Assembly (NCBI GenBank): GCA_965237375.1
Contig: CBDEFI010000002.1
Location: 15,911-79,910 of the forward strand
Length of the DNA stretch: 64,000 nt
Reading direction: 5' to 3'
DNA from: Acidimicrobiales bacterium
GTDB taxonomy: Bacteria > Actinomycetota > Acidimicrobiia > Acidimicrobiales > CATQHL01
Below, piece after piece: positions 41,672 through 49,982 of this stretch. The notes below the pieces were generated by a model, which saw only the letters and a program-made list of their open reading frames with translations, did no database searches and was not told the origin of the DNA. Each line of letters opens with the position of its first letter. Position 1 is the first letter of the stretch. Made by a program: the position numbers and the translations under genes.

Positions 41672-41781
41672 GGGCGGTGCTCTACGAGGTGCCCGCGTGT
41701 CGTCCGGAGGTGCTGCGCCGCGTGGCGGTGTCGGTGGGGCGGTTGTTCTTTGGGGGGTCGGCCGTGAGGGATCTGCGATGA
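41663..41781 (+). repeat. Diverged tandem duplication of the permease-stop/oxidoreductase-start junction (period 110 bp), creating a 37-codon ghost ORF
   Basis: ctgcgATGAgggcggtgctctacgaggtg...ggaggtgctgcgcc (41663-) versus ctgcgATGAgggccgtcctctacgacac...cgaggtgctgcgcc (41773-). Ghost peptide MRAVLYEVPACRPEVLRR... versus real MRAVLYDTHGGPEVLRL... Confidence 0.85.
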
Positions 41782-42812
41782 GGGCCGTCCTCTACGACAC
41801 CCACGGCGGGCCCGAGGTGCTGCGCCTCGCCGAGGTGCCCGACCCCGAGCCTGGCCCGGCCGACGTGGTTGTGCGCGTGGCGGCGGCCGCCCTGAACCGT
41901 CTCGACGTGATCCAGCGCGCCGGCTGGTTCACCATGCCGGGCTTCTCGCTGCCGCACATCGCCGGCATGGACGTGGCGGGCACGGTGATCGCCGCCGGCG
42001 AGGCGGTCGAAGGCGTCGCGGTGGGTGATCGAGTGGTGGTGGACCCGTCGCTTTCGGGTGTGCCCGAGGGCTCCCGGTTGGCGGGGCGGGGCAATCTCTA
42101 CGGCGAACTCGGAATTGTCGGTGCAAACGCCGACGGTGGTTACGCCGAGCTGTGCTTGGCGCCGGCCAGCCACACCTTCCTGGTGCCCGAGGAGATGTCC
42201 TTCGAGGCCGCGGCGGTGTTTCCCACCTGCTGGATGACCGCGGCGCATGCCCTGTTCGACGTCGGCGGGCTGCGGGCCGGCGAGACGCTGCTCGTCCACG
42301 CCGCCGGCAGCGGGGTCTCCACGGCCGCCATCCAGTTGGCCCGTCACGCAGGGGCGCGGGTTCTGGCCACCGCCGGCAGCGAGGCCAAGTGCGCCCGGGC
42401 CCGGGAGTTGGGCGCGGAGGAGACCGCCAACAACCGTGAGGCCGATGTGGCCGCCTGGGCCCGCTCGGTCACCGGTGGCGCAGGGGTGGACATGGTCTTC
42501 GACCACGTCGGCCCGGCGCTGTGGGAGGCGTCCATCTGGGCACTGGGGACCCGTGGGCGCCTGGTCAACTGCGGGAACACGACCGGCGACGCGGTCACGA
42601 TCCCGTCGCTGGGTCACCTGTTCCATGCGGGCCTGCGGATCATGGGCTCCGATCCGTACCGCCCCGAGGAGTTCGGCCCCGCCTGGGAGACCTACTGCAG
42701 CGGTGGATTCACCGCGCCCGTGGACTCGGTATTGGCCCTGGCCGAGGCGGCCGCCGCGCAGGAGCGCCTGCTGGCCGGCGACGTCTTCGGCAAGATCGTG
42801 CTGCGGCCCTAG
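41778..42812 (+). CDS. Zinc-type alcohol dehydrogenase / NADPH:quinone oxidoreductase family
   Basis: MRAVLYDTHGGPEVLRLAEVPDPEPGPADVVVRVAAAALNRLD. Rossmann motif HAAGSGVSTAAIQLA. Confidence 0.9.
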   Translation: MRAVLYDTHGGPEVLRLAEVPDPEPGPADVVVRVAAAALNRLDVIQRAGWFTMPGFSLPHIAGMDVAGTVIAAGEAVEGVAVGDRVVVDPSLSGVPEGSRLAGRGNLYGELGIVGANADGGYAELCLAPASHTFLVPEEMSFEAAAVFPTCWMTAAHALFDVGGLRAGETLLVHAAGSGVSTAAIQLARHAGARVLATAGSEAKCARARELGAEETANNREADVAAWARSVTGGAGVDMVFDHVGPALWEASIWALGTRGRLVNCGNTTGDAVTIPSLGHLFHAGLRIMGSDPYRPEEFGPAWETYCSGGFTAPVDSVLALAEAAAAQERLLAGDVFGKIVLRP

Positions 42813-42846
42813 GAGACAGGGGAGTCGTGCGACAGACCTCCGCTTG

Positions 42847-42925
42847 CGTCATTCCGGCGGAAGCAACGTCACCCCGGACCCCGATCCGGGGCGGAAGCCA
42901 CTATCCAGCGGCACCCGCTGTGCCT
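42847..42925 (+). repeat. REP-like hairpin repeat with nested extra hairpin
   Basis: cgtcattccggcggaagcaacgtcaccccggaccccgatccggggcggaagccactatccagcggcacccgctgtgcc. The insert CCCCGG-N8-CCGGGG resembles the one at 14586-14663. Confidence 0.8.
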
Positions 42926-42961
42926 ACTGTCGACCACCCGGCACACTCCTAGGGCCGGGCC

Positions 42962-44074
42962 GTGGCCGACTCGCCCTATCCGGAACTGAAGAAGACCCAC
43001 ACCATGGCCCGGGTGGGCCGGCCCTACAGCGACGTGCGGCCCCCGTCCTCGGCGCCGGTGTGGAGCGTGATCTTCGGCTTGGGTGCCTACTGGATGCTGG
43101 TGGCCGCCCTCGATCTGGGTCTGTTCGAGGCGCTGTCGACGCACGGCTCGCTGAAGCCCGAGGATCTGGCCGAGCACTTGGGCTCCTCGGCGTCGCACAC
43201 CGAGGCCGTGGCCGATGCTCTCGTGGTGCTCGGTCTGCTGGACCGCCACAACGGCCGATTCGACGTGAACGACTGCTCGCGCCGCTACCTGTGCCGCGCC
43301 AGCCCGGCCTCCATGGCCGACCTCGTATCGGTTGCGCCCGGGCCACTGGAGAACTGGACGGATCTTGCCGACACGCTGCGCAATGGTGGCCCCGCGCATC
43401 CTGTGGACGAAGACACGGCAGGCTTCTGGGTGCCGCTCGTGGAGGGCACGTTCTCCACGGTTCTGCGCGCCGCCACCCGTGCCGACGCCTGGATCTCCTA
43501 CAGCCGCATGGAGGCACCGCGCGTGGTCGACCTGGGGGCCGGCGGAGCGCCATGGACGATCGCGGTGCTGCGGGCCTGCCCCGGCGCCACCGCCGTTGTG
43601 AACGAGCTGCCCGACGTGGCGGAGATCGCCCGAGCGCGCATCGCCGAGGCCGGCCTGACCGATCGCTGCGAGCTGCGCCCCGGTGACTACCACACGGTTG
43701 CGCTGGAGGACGCGGCCTTCGACCTCGTCGTGCTGAGCCACGTCTGCCGCACCGAGGGAGCCGACGGCACCCGGGCGTTGCTGGCGCGCGCCGCCGCCAC
43801 CTTGCGCCCGGGCGGGCGGGTGCTCGTGGCCGACTACTACCGGGCCGACGAACCGCGCCGCAACCCCCAGGGCACCTTCATGGCGGTCACCATGGCGGCC
43901 TGCACCCGGCAGGGAACGGCCCATACCTACGAGCAGATGTCAACCTGGCTCGGCGAGGCCGGCTTCGGGTCCATCCGGCTCATCGAACCCATCGGCGCCC
44001 AACAGGTCTTCGTCGCAACCAAACCGGCCACAATCCATACAACCGAAAGGCAGGCAGATGAACCACCCCGATGA
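42962..44074 (+). CDS. Class I SAM-dependent O-methyltransferase (Methyltransf_2 type with winged-helix dimerisation domain)
   Basis: N-terminal DLGLFEALS... dimerisation-like domain. SAM-binding VVDLGAGGAPW. Acidic loop NELPDV. Confidence 0.8.
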   Translation: MADSPYPELKKTHTMARVGRPYSDVRPPSSAPVWSVIFGLGAYWMLVAALDLGLFEALSTHGSLKPEDLAEHLGSSASHTEAVADALVVLGLLDRHNGRFDVNDCSRRYLCRASPASMADLVSVAPGPLENWTDLADTLRNGGPAHPVDEDTAGFWVPLVEGTFSTVLRAATRADAWISYSRMEAPRVVDLGAGGAPWTIAVLRACPGATAVVNELPDVAEIARARIAEAGLTDRCELRPGDYHTVALEDAAFDLVVLSHVCRTEGADGTRALLARAAATLRPGGRVLVADYYRADEPRRNPQGTFMAVTMAACTRQGTAHTYEQMSTWLGEAGFGSIRLIEPIGAQQVFVATKPATIHTTERQADEPPR

Positions 44075-45491
44075 GACCAACGGCGCCGGTCGAACGGCCG
44101 CACACCCCGAGCCCGTCGACACGCTGATCCGGGCCGGGCACGTCGTCACCATGAACCCCCGCCGCGACATCATCCGCCACGGGGCGGTGGCGGTGCGCGG
44201 CAGCGAGATCGTGGCGGTGGGCAAGGAGACCGACCTGCGCGCCCGCTACGAGGCCGCCGAGGTGACCGGCGGCGACCGCTTCGTGGCCACGCCGGGGATG
44301 GTCAACAGCCACATCCACATCACCGGCGAGCCCTTGACGCGTGGCTACGTGCCCGACGACACGACCTTCGAGGAGAACGTGTTCCAGTGGCTCTGCCCGC
44401 TGTACGCCACGTACACCGCCGCCGATGAGCGCCTCTCCGCGCAGCTGGCGGCCGTGGAGATGCTGCGCTCGGGCACCACGTGCTTCCTGGAGGCCGGCAC
44501 CGTCCGCTTCCTCGACGACGTGGTGGACGGACTGGTGGAGGTGGGTATCAGGGGCCGGGTGGGGCGCTGGGTCTGGGATCTGCCGCCCGAGCCCGACGTC
44601 TACCTCCAGACCACCGACGAGGCCATCGCCAACCTCCTCGGCGTGCTCGAGCGCCACGGCTCCGTTGCCGGGGGGCGCATCGCCGGCCACGTCGTCCTCG
44701 TCGGGCACAACACGTCCTCCGACCCGCTGTGGCGGGCGGCTCGTGAGATCGCCACCGAGCACGGCGTGGGGTTCAGCTTCCACATGTCGCCGGCGCAGAT
44801 GGACCCCGACTCGTTCCTGGCCGAGTTCGGCCACCGGCCCATCGTGCATCTCGCCGAGTTGGGCGTGCTCGCCGACGACGTGGCGATCACGCATTGTGTG
44901 CGGCTCGACGACCGCGAGGTCGCGCTGCTCGCCGAGACCGGCGCAAGCGTGGCGCACTGCCCGACGACGGCGCTGAAGGTTGCCTACGGCGTGACGCAGG
45001 TGGGCAAGATGCCCGAGATGATGGCCGCCGGCGTGAACGTGTCCATCGGCACCGACGGCAACAACGCCTCCAACTACTCCGACCTGATGCGGGCCACCTA
45101 CCTGGTGGCCGGCCTGTTCAAGGACGCCCGCTGCGATCCGCAGATGTTCCCCGCCGAGATGGCCTACGAGATGGCCACCCTCGGCGGCGCCCGCGCGATG
45201 CTCGCGCAGGACGAGATCGGCTCGCTGGTGGCCGGCAAGAAGGCCGACGTGGTGCTGCACGACACCGACCGCCCCGAGTGGCGGCCGCTGCTGAACGTGA
45301 TGAACCAGCTCGTCTGGTCGGCCGACGGGCGCGGCGTGCACAGCGTGTGGGTGGACGGCGCCCAGGTCGTGGACGGCGGGCACATGACCACCATCGACGA
45401 GGAAAGGTTCTGGGCGCAGTGCCAGGTCGCCGCCGAAGGCATCTGCGCCCGCTCCGGTCTGCCCGACAAGGCCAAGTTCCCGATGGTCTGA
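44058..45491 (+). CDS. Amidohydrolase family protein (nucleobase/aminohydrolase-like deaminase or chlorohydrolase)
   Basis: Metal-binding GMVNSHIHI. Later HMSP...HC and GTDGNN motifs of the amidohydrolase_1 superfamily. Confidence 0.85.
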   Translation: MNHPDETNGAGRTAAHPEPVDTLIRAGHVVTMNPRRDIIRHGAVAVRGSEIVAVGKETDLRARYEAAEVTGGDRFVATPGMVNSHIHITGEPLTRGYVPDDTTFEENVFQWLCPLYATYTAADERLSAQLAAVEMLRSGTTCFLEAGTVRFLDDVVDGLVEVGIRGRVGRWVWDLPPEPDVYLQTTDEAIANLLGVLERHGSVAGGRIAGHVVLVGHNTSSDPLWRAAREIATEHGVGFSFHMSPAQMDPDSFLAEFGHRPIVHLAELGVLADDVAITHCVRLDDREVALLAETGASVAHCPTTALKVAYGVTQVGKMPEMMAAGVNVSIGTDGNNASNYSDLMRATYLVAGLFKDARCDPQMFPAEMAYEMATLGGARAMLAQDEIGSLVAGKKADVVLHDTDRPEWRPLLNVMNQLVWSADGRGVHSVWVDGAQVVDGGHMTTIDEERFWAQCQVAAEGICARSGLPDKAKFPMV

Positions 45492-45504
45492 GGAGCGCCG
45501 CGCC

Positions 45505-46545
45505 GTGGGCGGGTTCACCTTCGAGGCCGAGATCACGCCCGGCATGGCACCGGCGCAGGTGGCCGCCCTGGCGGCTGGCGTGGAGCGGGCCGGCTTCGAC
45601 CGGCTCGGCATCTCCGACGTGGTGCTGTGGCACGACTGCTACGTGCTGATGACCCTCTGCGCCGCGGCCACCGAGCGGCTGGAGTTCGGCCCCCTGGTCA
45701 CGAACCCCTATTCGCGCCATCCGGTGGTGTTGGCGGCAGCGGTGGCCACGCTCGGCGAACTCTCCGGTGGCCGGGCGTTCCTGGGCCTTGGGGTGGGCGC
45801 CGGGCTGGAGCAGTTCGGGATGGACTACCCGCGGCCGGTGCGGACCCTGCGGGAGGCGGCGGCGATCTGCCGGGGACTGTGGACCGGCGAGGAGGTCACC
45901 CACCGGGGCGAGATCTTCACCGCCGATGGGGCGCGCCTGCAGAGCCCGCCGGAGGCGATGCCGGCGCTGGTGTTGGGGACCCGCAGTCCCGGTGTCATGC
46001 GTCTTGCCGGGGAGGTGGCCGACCGGGTGCTGGTGGGGGCGCGCTACTGGTCGGCTGCCCAGGCCGACGAGTACCGCCGTTGGCTCGCCGAGGGGGCTGC
46101 CAGGGTCGGTCGCCCGCCGGACGCAGTGGAGGTCTCACCTCGCCTCACGGTGTGCATCTCCGACGACGGCGACCTGGCCCGTCGCAGCGTGAAGCGCTAC
46201 GTGGCGCACTACCTGACCCTGCTGCGCCCGCCCGATCTGAACCTGCCGCCGGGACTGATCGAGCGGATCGACGAGGCGTTGGCACAGGCCCGAGGCTGGT
46301 ACTTCGACCATGACCGCTACGACCCTCCGCAGCTCTTCAGCCTCATCGACGACGACCTGGTGGAGCGCTTCGCCGTGGCGGGCACACCGGCCGAGTGCGT
46401 TGCCCAGATGCGCCGGGTGGCCGACCTGGGTTTCGACTCCTTCAGCCTCAACCTCGCAGCGGTGCTGCGCCCCACCATGTTCGAGGGCCTCGCCGAGACC
46501 ATCGACGGCGCAGCCGGTGTTCTGGCGGCGCTTCGAGTGGCTTGA
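45505..46545 (+). CDS. LLM-class (luciferase-like) flavin/F420-dependent oxidoreductase
   Basis: ...FDRLGISDV...GPLVTNPYSRHPVVLAAAVATLGELSGGRAFLGLGVG... is the typical LLM TIM-barrel signature. Confidence 0.85.
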   Translation: MGGFTFEAEITPGMAPAQVAALAAGVERAGFDRLGISDVVLWHDCYVLMTLCAAATERLEFGPLVTNPYSRHPVVLAAAVATLGELSGGRAFLGLGVGAGLEQFGMDYPRPVRTLREAAAICRGLWTGEEVTHRGEIFTADGARLQSPPEAMPALVLGTRSPGVMRLAGEVADRVLVGARYWSAAQADEYRRWLAEGAARVGRPPDAVEVSPRLTVCISDDGDLARRSVKRYVAHYLTLLRPPDLNLPPGLIERIDEALAQARGWYFDHDRYDPPQLFSLIDDDLVERFAVAGTPAECVAQMRRVADLGFDSFSLNLAAVLRPTMFEGLAETIDGAAGVLAALRVA

Positions 46546-46589
46546 AGGCTCGGGCGGCGGATGCACGGCGGAGAAGCTCTGGGCGGCCG

Positions 46590-47615
46590 GTGGACCCTGC
46601 CCGACCGTTGGGCACGTTGACCTGTCCGCCGACGATCCGGCGTCCGCTGCCCGCTGTTGCTGCGGTGGCGGTCATCGCCCTTGCCGCCGCCGGTTGCGGC
46701 AGCCCGGTGACGACGACGGGCGTGGCCCCCGACGGTCCTGCGACCGAGGCACCCGCTGCCGGGAAGGTTCTTCCCGCGTCCCCCGACACGACTGTTCCCG
46801 TCGCCGCCATTGCCGACCCCACCGTTGCCGACACTGGCGCTGCGACCACCGCCGGCACCGCACCCGTCGAAGCGAAGGACGAGGACGGCACATTCGACGA
46901 CGCCTCCGGCGCTGCTCCGGTGGACGCGGACGGCGCGGCCACACCCGACGCCATCACCCCCGACACGGTCACGCCCGACACCGTCACGCCCGAGGACGGC
47001 CCATCCGACGCCATGACGCCTGAGGTCGTCACCTCCGACGGCAGCGCATCCGACGCCGTCATGCCTGAGTCCGTTACCTCCGACGGCAGCGCATCAGAAG
47101 GCACCGCGGTTGGAGGCACAGCATCCGAGGTCGCCGCGGCGGACCTTCCCGTTACCGACACCGCGGCATCGGGCGGAGAATTCGTTGTGACCGAGGACGT
47201 TCCGGCTTTCGACATGATCGACGTGTCCACCGGCTCGACCGTCAACCTGCGGAGCGTCGTGTCGGGCGGGACGCCATTGCTGTTCTGGTTCTGGTCCCCA
47301 CTTTGACTGACCTGCCAGGAGGAGGCTCCCGGCCTCGAGCAGTTCGCTCGGGACAATTCCCACCGGCTCACCGTGGTCGGCGTCGGCGGCGAGGGGAACA
47401 TCGACTTCGCGCAGCGGTTCGTCGCCGACTCCGGTGTCACGTTCCCGATGCTGTGGAGCGACACCTTCGCTGCGTGGCGCCACTACTCCATCATGCTCAG
47501 TTCCGACTTCTGGCTGCTCGACGAAGCCGGGAACCGGATCGGTGACGGCCCCGCGCCTTACGATCAGGCCGTGGTCGAGGAACTACTGGCCGACCTGGCC
47601 GGCGCGCCCGCCTGA
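46590..47615 (+). CDS. Thioredoxin-fold TlpA/ResA-like lipoprotein, candidate selenoprotein (in-frame TGA 47304-47306 read as Sec)
   Basis: Track ORFs 46395..47306 and 47373..47615 share one frame, separated only by TGA. Read-through gives LLFWFWSPL-U-LTCQEEAPGLEQFA... (UxxC at the CxxC position). Lipobox-like IALAAAGC. Start (GTG 46590 or TTG 46617) uncertain. Confidence 0.6.
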
Positions 47616-47705
47616 TGGAGACACGAATCGCGCGCGCGTGGCTGGTGGCCGACCTGGCCGGCGCGCCCGCCTGATGAAGACACGACTCGCGTGCGCGTTG
47701 CTGGT
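47588..47705 (+). repeat. Diverged tandem duplication of the gene junction between the two redoxin genes (period 59 bp), creating a 19-codon ghost ORF
   Basis: ggccgacctggccggcgcgcccgccTGATGgagacacgaatcgcgcgcgcgtggctggt versus ggccgacctggccggcgcgcccgccTGATGaagacacgactcgcgtgcgcgttgctggt. Confidence 0.85.
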
Positions 47706-48711
47706 GGCCATGCTGGCCGGGTTGGGCGTTGTCGCTGTGCCATCGGTGGCGGCCGCTCAGCAGGCTGATGATGGCGACCACGCCGAGGTGCGGATCGTGG
47801 CGCAGCGGCTCGACGATGATCGCATCGAGTTCGCTCTGCAACAACGGGGGCCGGACGACACCTGGGGTGAACGGCTGCTGCCGGATCAGCGCTTCTTTCC
47901 TGCGGGGGCCGAGGTCGGCCGCTGGCTGGTCAGTTCGCCGCTCGTCCTGACGACCGGCAACAGCACGACAGGAGTGCCTGACTCCAGCGCGGCGGTGGAA
48001 GTGCGCATAGTCGCGCAGCGCCTGTCCAGCGGGCGCACCGAGTTCGCTCTCCAGCAGCGAGCGCCCGACGACATCTGGGGTGAACGGCTGCTGCCGGAGC
48101 GGCGCTTCTTCCCTGCCCGGGTCGAAGTCGGTCGCTGGCTGGCCAGTTCTCCTCTTGAGTTGCAGATCGTCGCCGGCACAACCGACTCCGGACCGGTCGA
48201 CACCGCCCAAGGCACCGGCTCTCCGCCTGAGGAGCACCCGGAACAGGACGACCCGCCTGCAGAGGGCGACGAGCAGTCCGGCGCCGTTTCGATCTCCGCG
48301 GACGTTCCCGACTTCGACATGGTCGACGTTCACAGCGGCGAGACGGTCAACCTCCGATCCGTCGTGACCGGCGAGACGCCGCTGCTGTTCTGGCTGTGGT
48401 CACCGTATTGAGGCACCTGCCAGAGCCACGCTCCGGCCATCGAGCAGTTCGCTCGAGACAACTCCCACCGGCTCACCGTCGTCGGCATCGGCACCGTGGG
48501 CGACCTCGAAACCGCCCAGAACTTCGTCGACTACCACGGGATCACCTTCACGATGCTCTGGAGCGAGTCGCCGCAGCCAACGGACTACTACCAGACGATT
48601 ACAGGCGTATGGTCCAGCGTCTGGCTGCTCGACAGCACCGGCGACCGCGTGCTGAGTGTCAACAGATTCCACGGCGCCGTTCTCGAGTACCTCCTGGCCG
48701 AGTACTTGTGA
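47674..48711 (+). CDS. Secreted protein: two novel ~55-aa repeats plus a thioredoxin-fold TlpA/ResA-like domain, candidate selenoprotein (in-frame TGA 48409-48411 read as Sec)
   Basis: ATG 47674, signal peptide MKTRLACALLVAMLAGLGVVAVPSVAAA|QQ. Track ORFs 47434..48411 and 48496..48711 share one frame. Read-through gives LLFWLWSPY-U-GTCQSHAPAIEQFA... Confidence 0.6.
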
Positions 48712-48789
48712 CCCGCACCTGCGTCCGGTCCCGTGACCGCGGGCGGATACCCCCGGCATTCGCTCAGCGAGGGTGCTGAGTAGTTCGTC

Positions 48790-48848
48790 GGCAGCGCAGC
48801 CCGGACCGCTGGACAGTGGATCCCGGCCTCCGCCGGGATGACGGAGTA
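48790..48848 (-). repeat. REP-like hairpin repeat (reverse orientation)
   Basis: Reverse complement reads ccgtcatcccggcggaggccgggatccactgtccagcggtccgggctgcgctgcc. Confidence 0.85.
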
Positions 48849-48862
48849 CAGGAACTGCGGAG

Positions 48863-49435
48863 TTACTCAGCGGTACCGTGGTCGCCGTTGCCCCAGACCG
48901 ATTGGGCTGTGGAGTAGACGCCCTGGTCGTAGGAGTACTCGATGACGTTTCCGTCGGGGTCGTTGAGGGCGCAGATGTATCCCACGGGCGGGGGCATCTC
49001 GGTGGGCGACATGTTGAGGCATCCGGCGGCTTCGCCACGGCGGGCGATGTCGTCCACGGCCTCGAGGCTGGGCAGTTCGATGCCAAGGTGGGCGAAGGGC
49101 TTCAACAGCCCGAGCCCCTTCTGGCCGCTGCTGGAGAAGAACTCGATCAGCACCAGGATGAACGGTCGCTCGGCCGCGTCGGGATGGCCCATCCAGCCGC
49201 CGTGGCCCAAGGCGTCGGTGCGCTGGTCCAGCAGTTCCAGAGGCGTGAACTCCGTGTACCAGTCGATGGAGGCTTGGAGGTCGCCGGATGGGAGCGCCAC
49301 GTGGGTCCATCGCGGCGTACCGGGATGGGTGGGGTAGACATCCTGGCGGGCTTCGCCGGTGGGGGTGTCGGCCATCCCCGTGGCTTCGCGCATCGCGGCG
49401 GCCCCCGTGGCGAACCCGGACTGCTCGGTGGTCAT
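48863..49435 (-). CDS. VOC (glyoxalase/dioxygenase) family protein
   Basis: Start MTTEQSGF... (ATG 49435) preceded by AAGGGAGGA. WTHVALPSGDLQASIDWYTEF... and HLGIELPS... VOC modules. Shorter than track ORF 48863..49534. Confidence 0.72.
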   Translation of the reverse strand: MTTEQSGFATGAAAMREATGMADTPTGEARQDVYPTHPGTPRWTHVALPSGDLQASIDWYTEFTPLELLDQRTDALGHGGWMGHPDAAERPFILVLIEFFSSSGQKGLGLLKPFAHLGIELPSLEAVDDIARRGEAAGCLNMSPTEMPPPVGYICALNDPDGNVIEYSYDQGVYSTAQSVWGNGDHGTAE

Positions 49436-49493
49436 GGATGGTCCTCCCTTGCTGTTGTTCGGTTGTGCGTGCGCGGGCTGTGGCCCGCCCCGG

Positions 49494-49982
49494 CTACTCG
49501 CTGGTCCATCCCTCGGGGATCTGCGGGTTATCACCGCCCTGGGTCCACAGGATGAAGGTATTCCCCGACGGATCCTCGAAGGCGCAGTTGAAGCCGTTGA
49601 ACTCCGCCCAGTAGTGGTTGCGCCACAGCTCCGTGGCGCCGAGTTCCACAGCGGTGTCGAGGATGCGGTCGGCGCTGTCGTCGTCGCTGACCAGGATCCA
49701 CATGCGCTGGGTGCGGCCCTCGCTGCGCAGAGTGCGTGGTTCGGTGCCGTCGGGGTTGGGATGGGGGCGGGCGTTGGCGACGTTGCTGATGCCCATGTGC
49801 AGGTTGCCGACCCCGGAGCGTTCGCCGTCGTTCAGGAACTCGTCGCCGGGCACGATGCGGTGGAAGACGCCAGCCGGGCGCCCCTCCACCTCCCAGCCGA
49901 AGACCTGCTCGTAGAAGCGGGCCGTGGCCTCCGGGTCGTTACTGGGGAAGTCGACGAAGATCAGCGTGTTCGGGTAACCCAT
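49494..49982 (-). CDS. VOC (glyoxalase) family protein
   Basis: MGYPNTLIFVDFPSNDPEATARFYEQVFGWEV...; single-domain-pair VOC layout. Confidence 0.78.
   Translation of the reverse strand: MGYPNTLIFVDFPSNDPEATARFYEQVFGWEVEGRPAGVFHRIVPGDEFLNDGERSGVGNLHMGISNVANARPHPNPDGTEPRTLRSEGRTQRMWILVSDDDSADRILDTAVELGATELWRNHYWAEFNGFNCAFEDPSGNTFILWTQGGDNPQIPEGWTSE

Noticed and set aside
46395-46589. Upstream extension of redoxin gene 1 (MRCPDAPGGRPGFRLL...).
   Set aside because: It overlaps the 3' end of the LLM oxidoreductase gene and is Arg/Pro-rich. A signal or lipobox sequence appears only after GTG 46590 or TTG 46617.
47304-47306. The TGA in each redoxin gene (also 48409-48411) as a simple nonsense mutation, making them pseudogenes or split genes.
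   Set aside because: Not fully excluded. It is disfavoured because both diverged paralogues have TGA at exactly the catalytic Cys position, and both keep frame and protein-level conservation, with synonymous differences, all the way to the downstream stop.
48763-48780. Hairpin CTCAGC-GAGGGT-GCTGAG between the convergent redoxin gene 2 and the VOC gene, as an intrinsic terminator.
   Set aside because: The stem is only 6 bp and no U-tract follows on either strand. This is insufficient to call a terminator.
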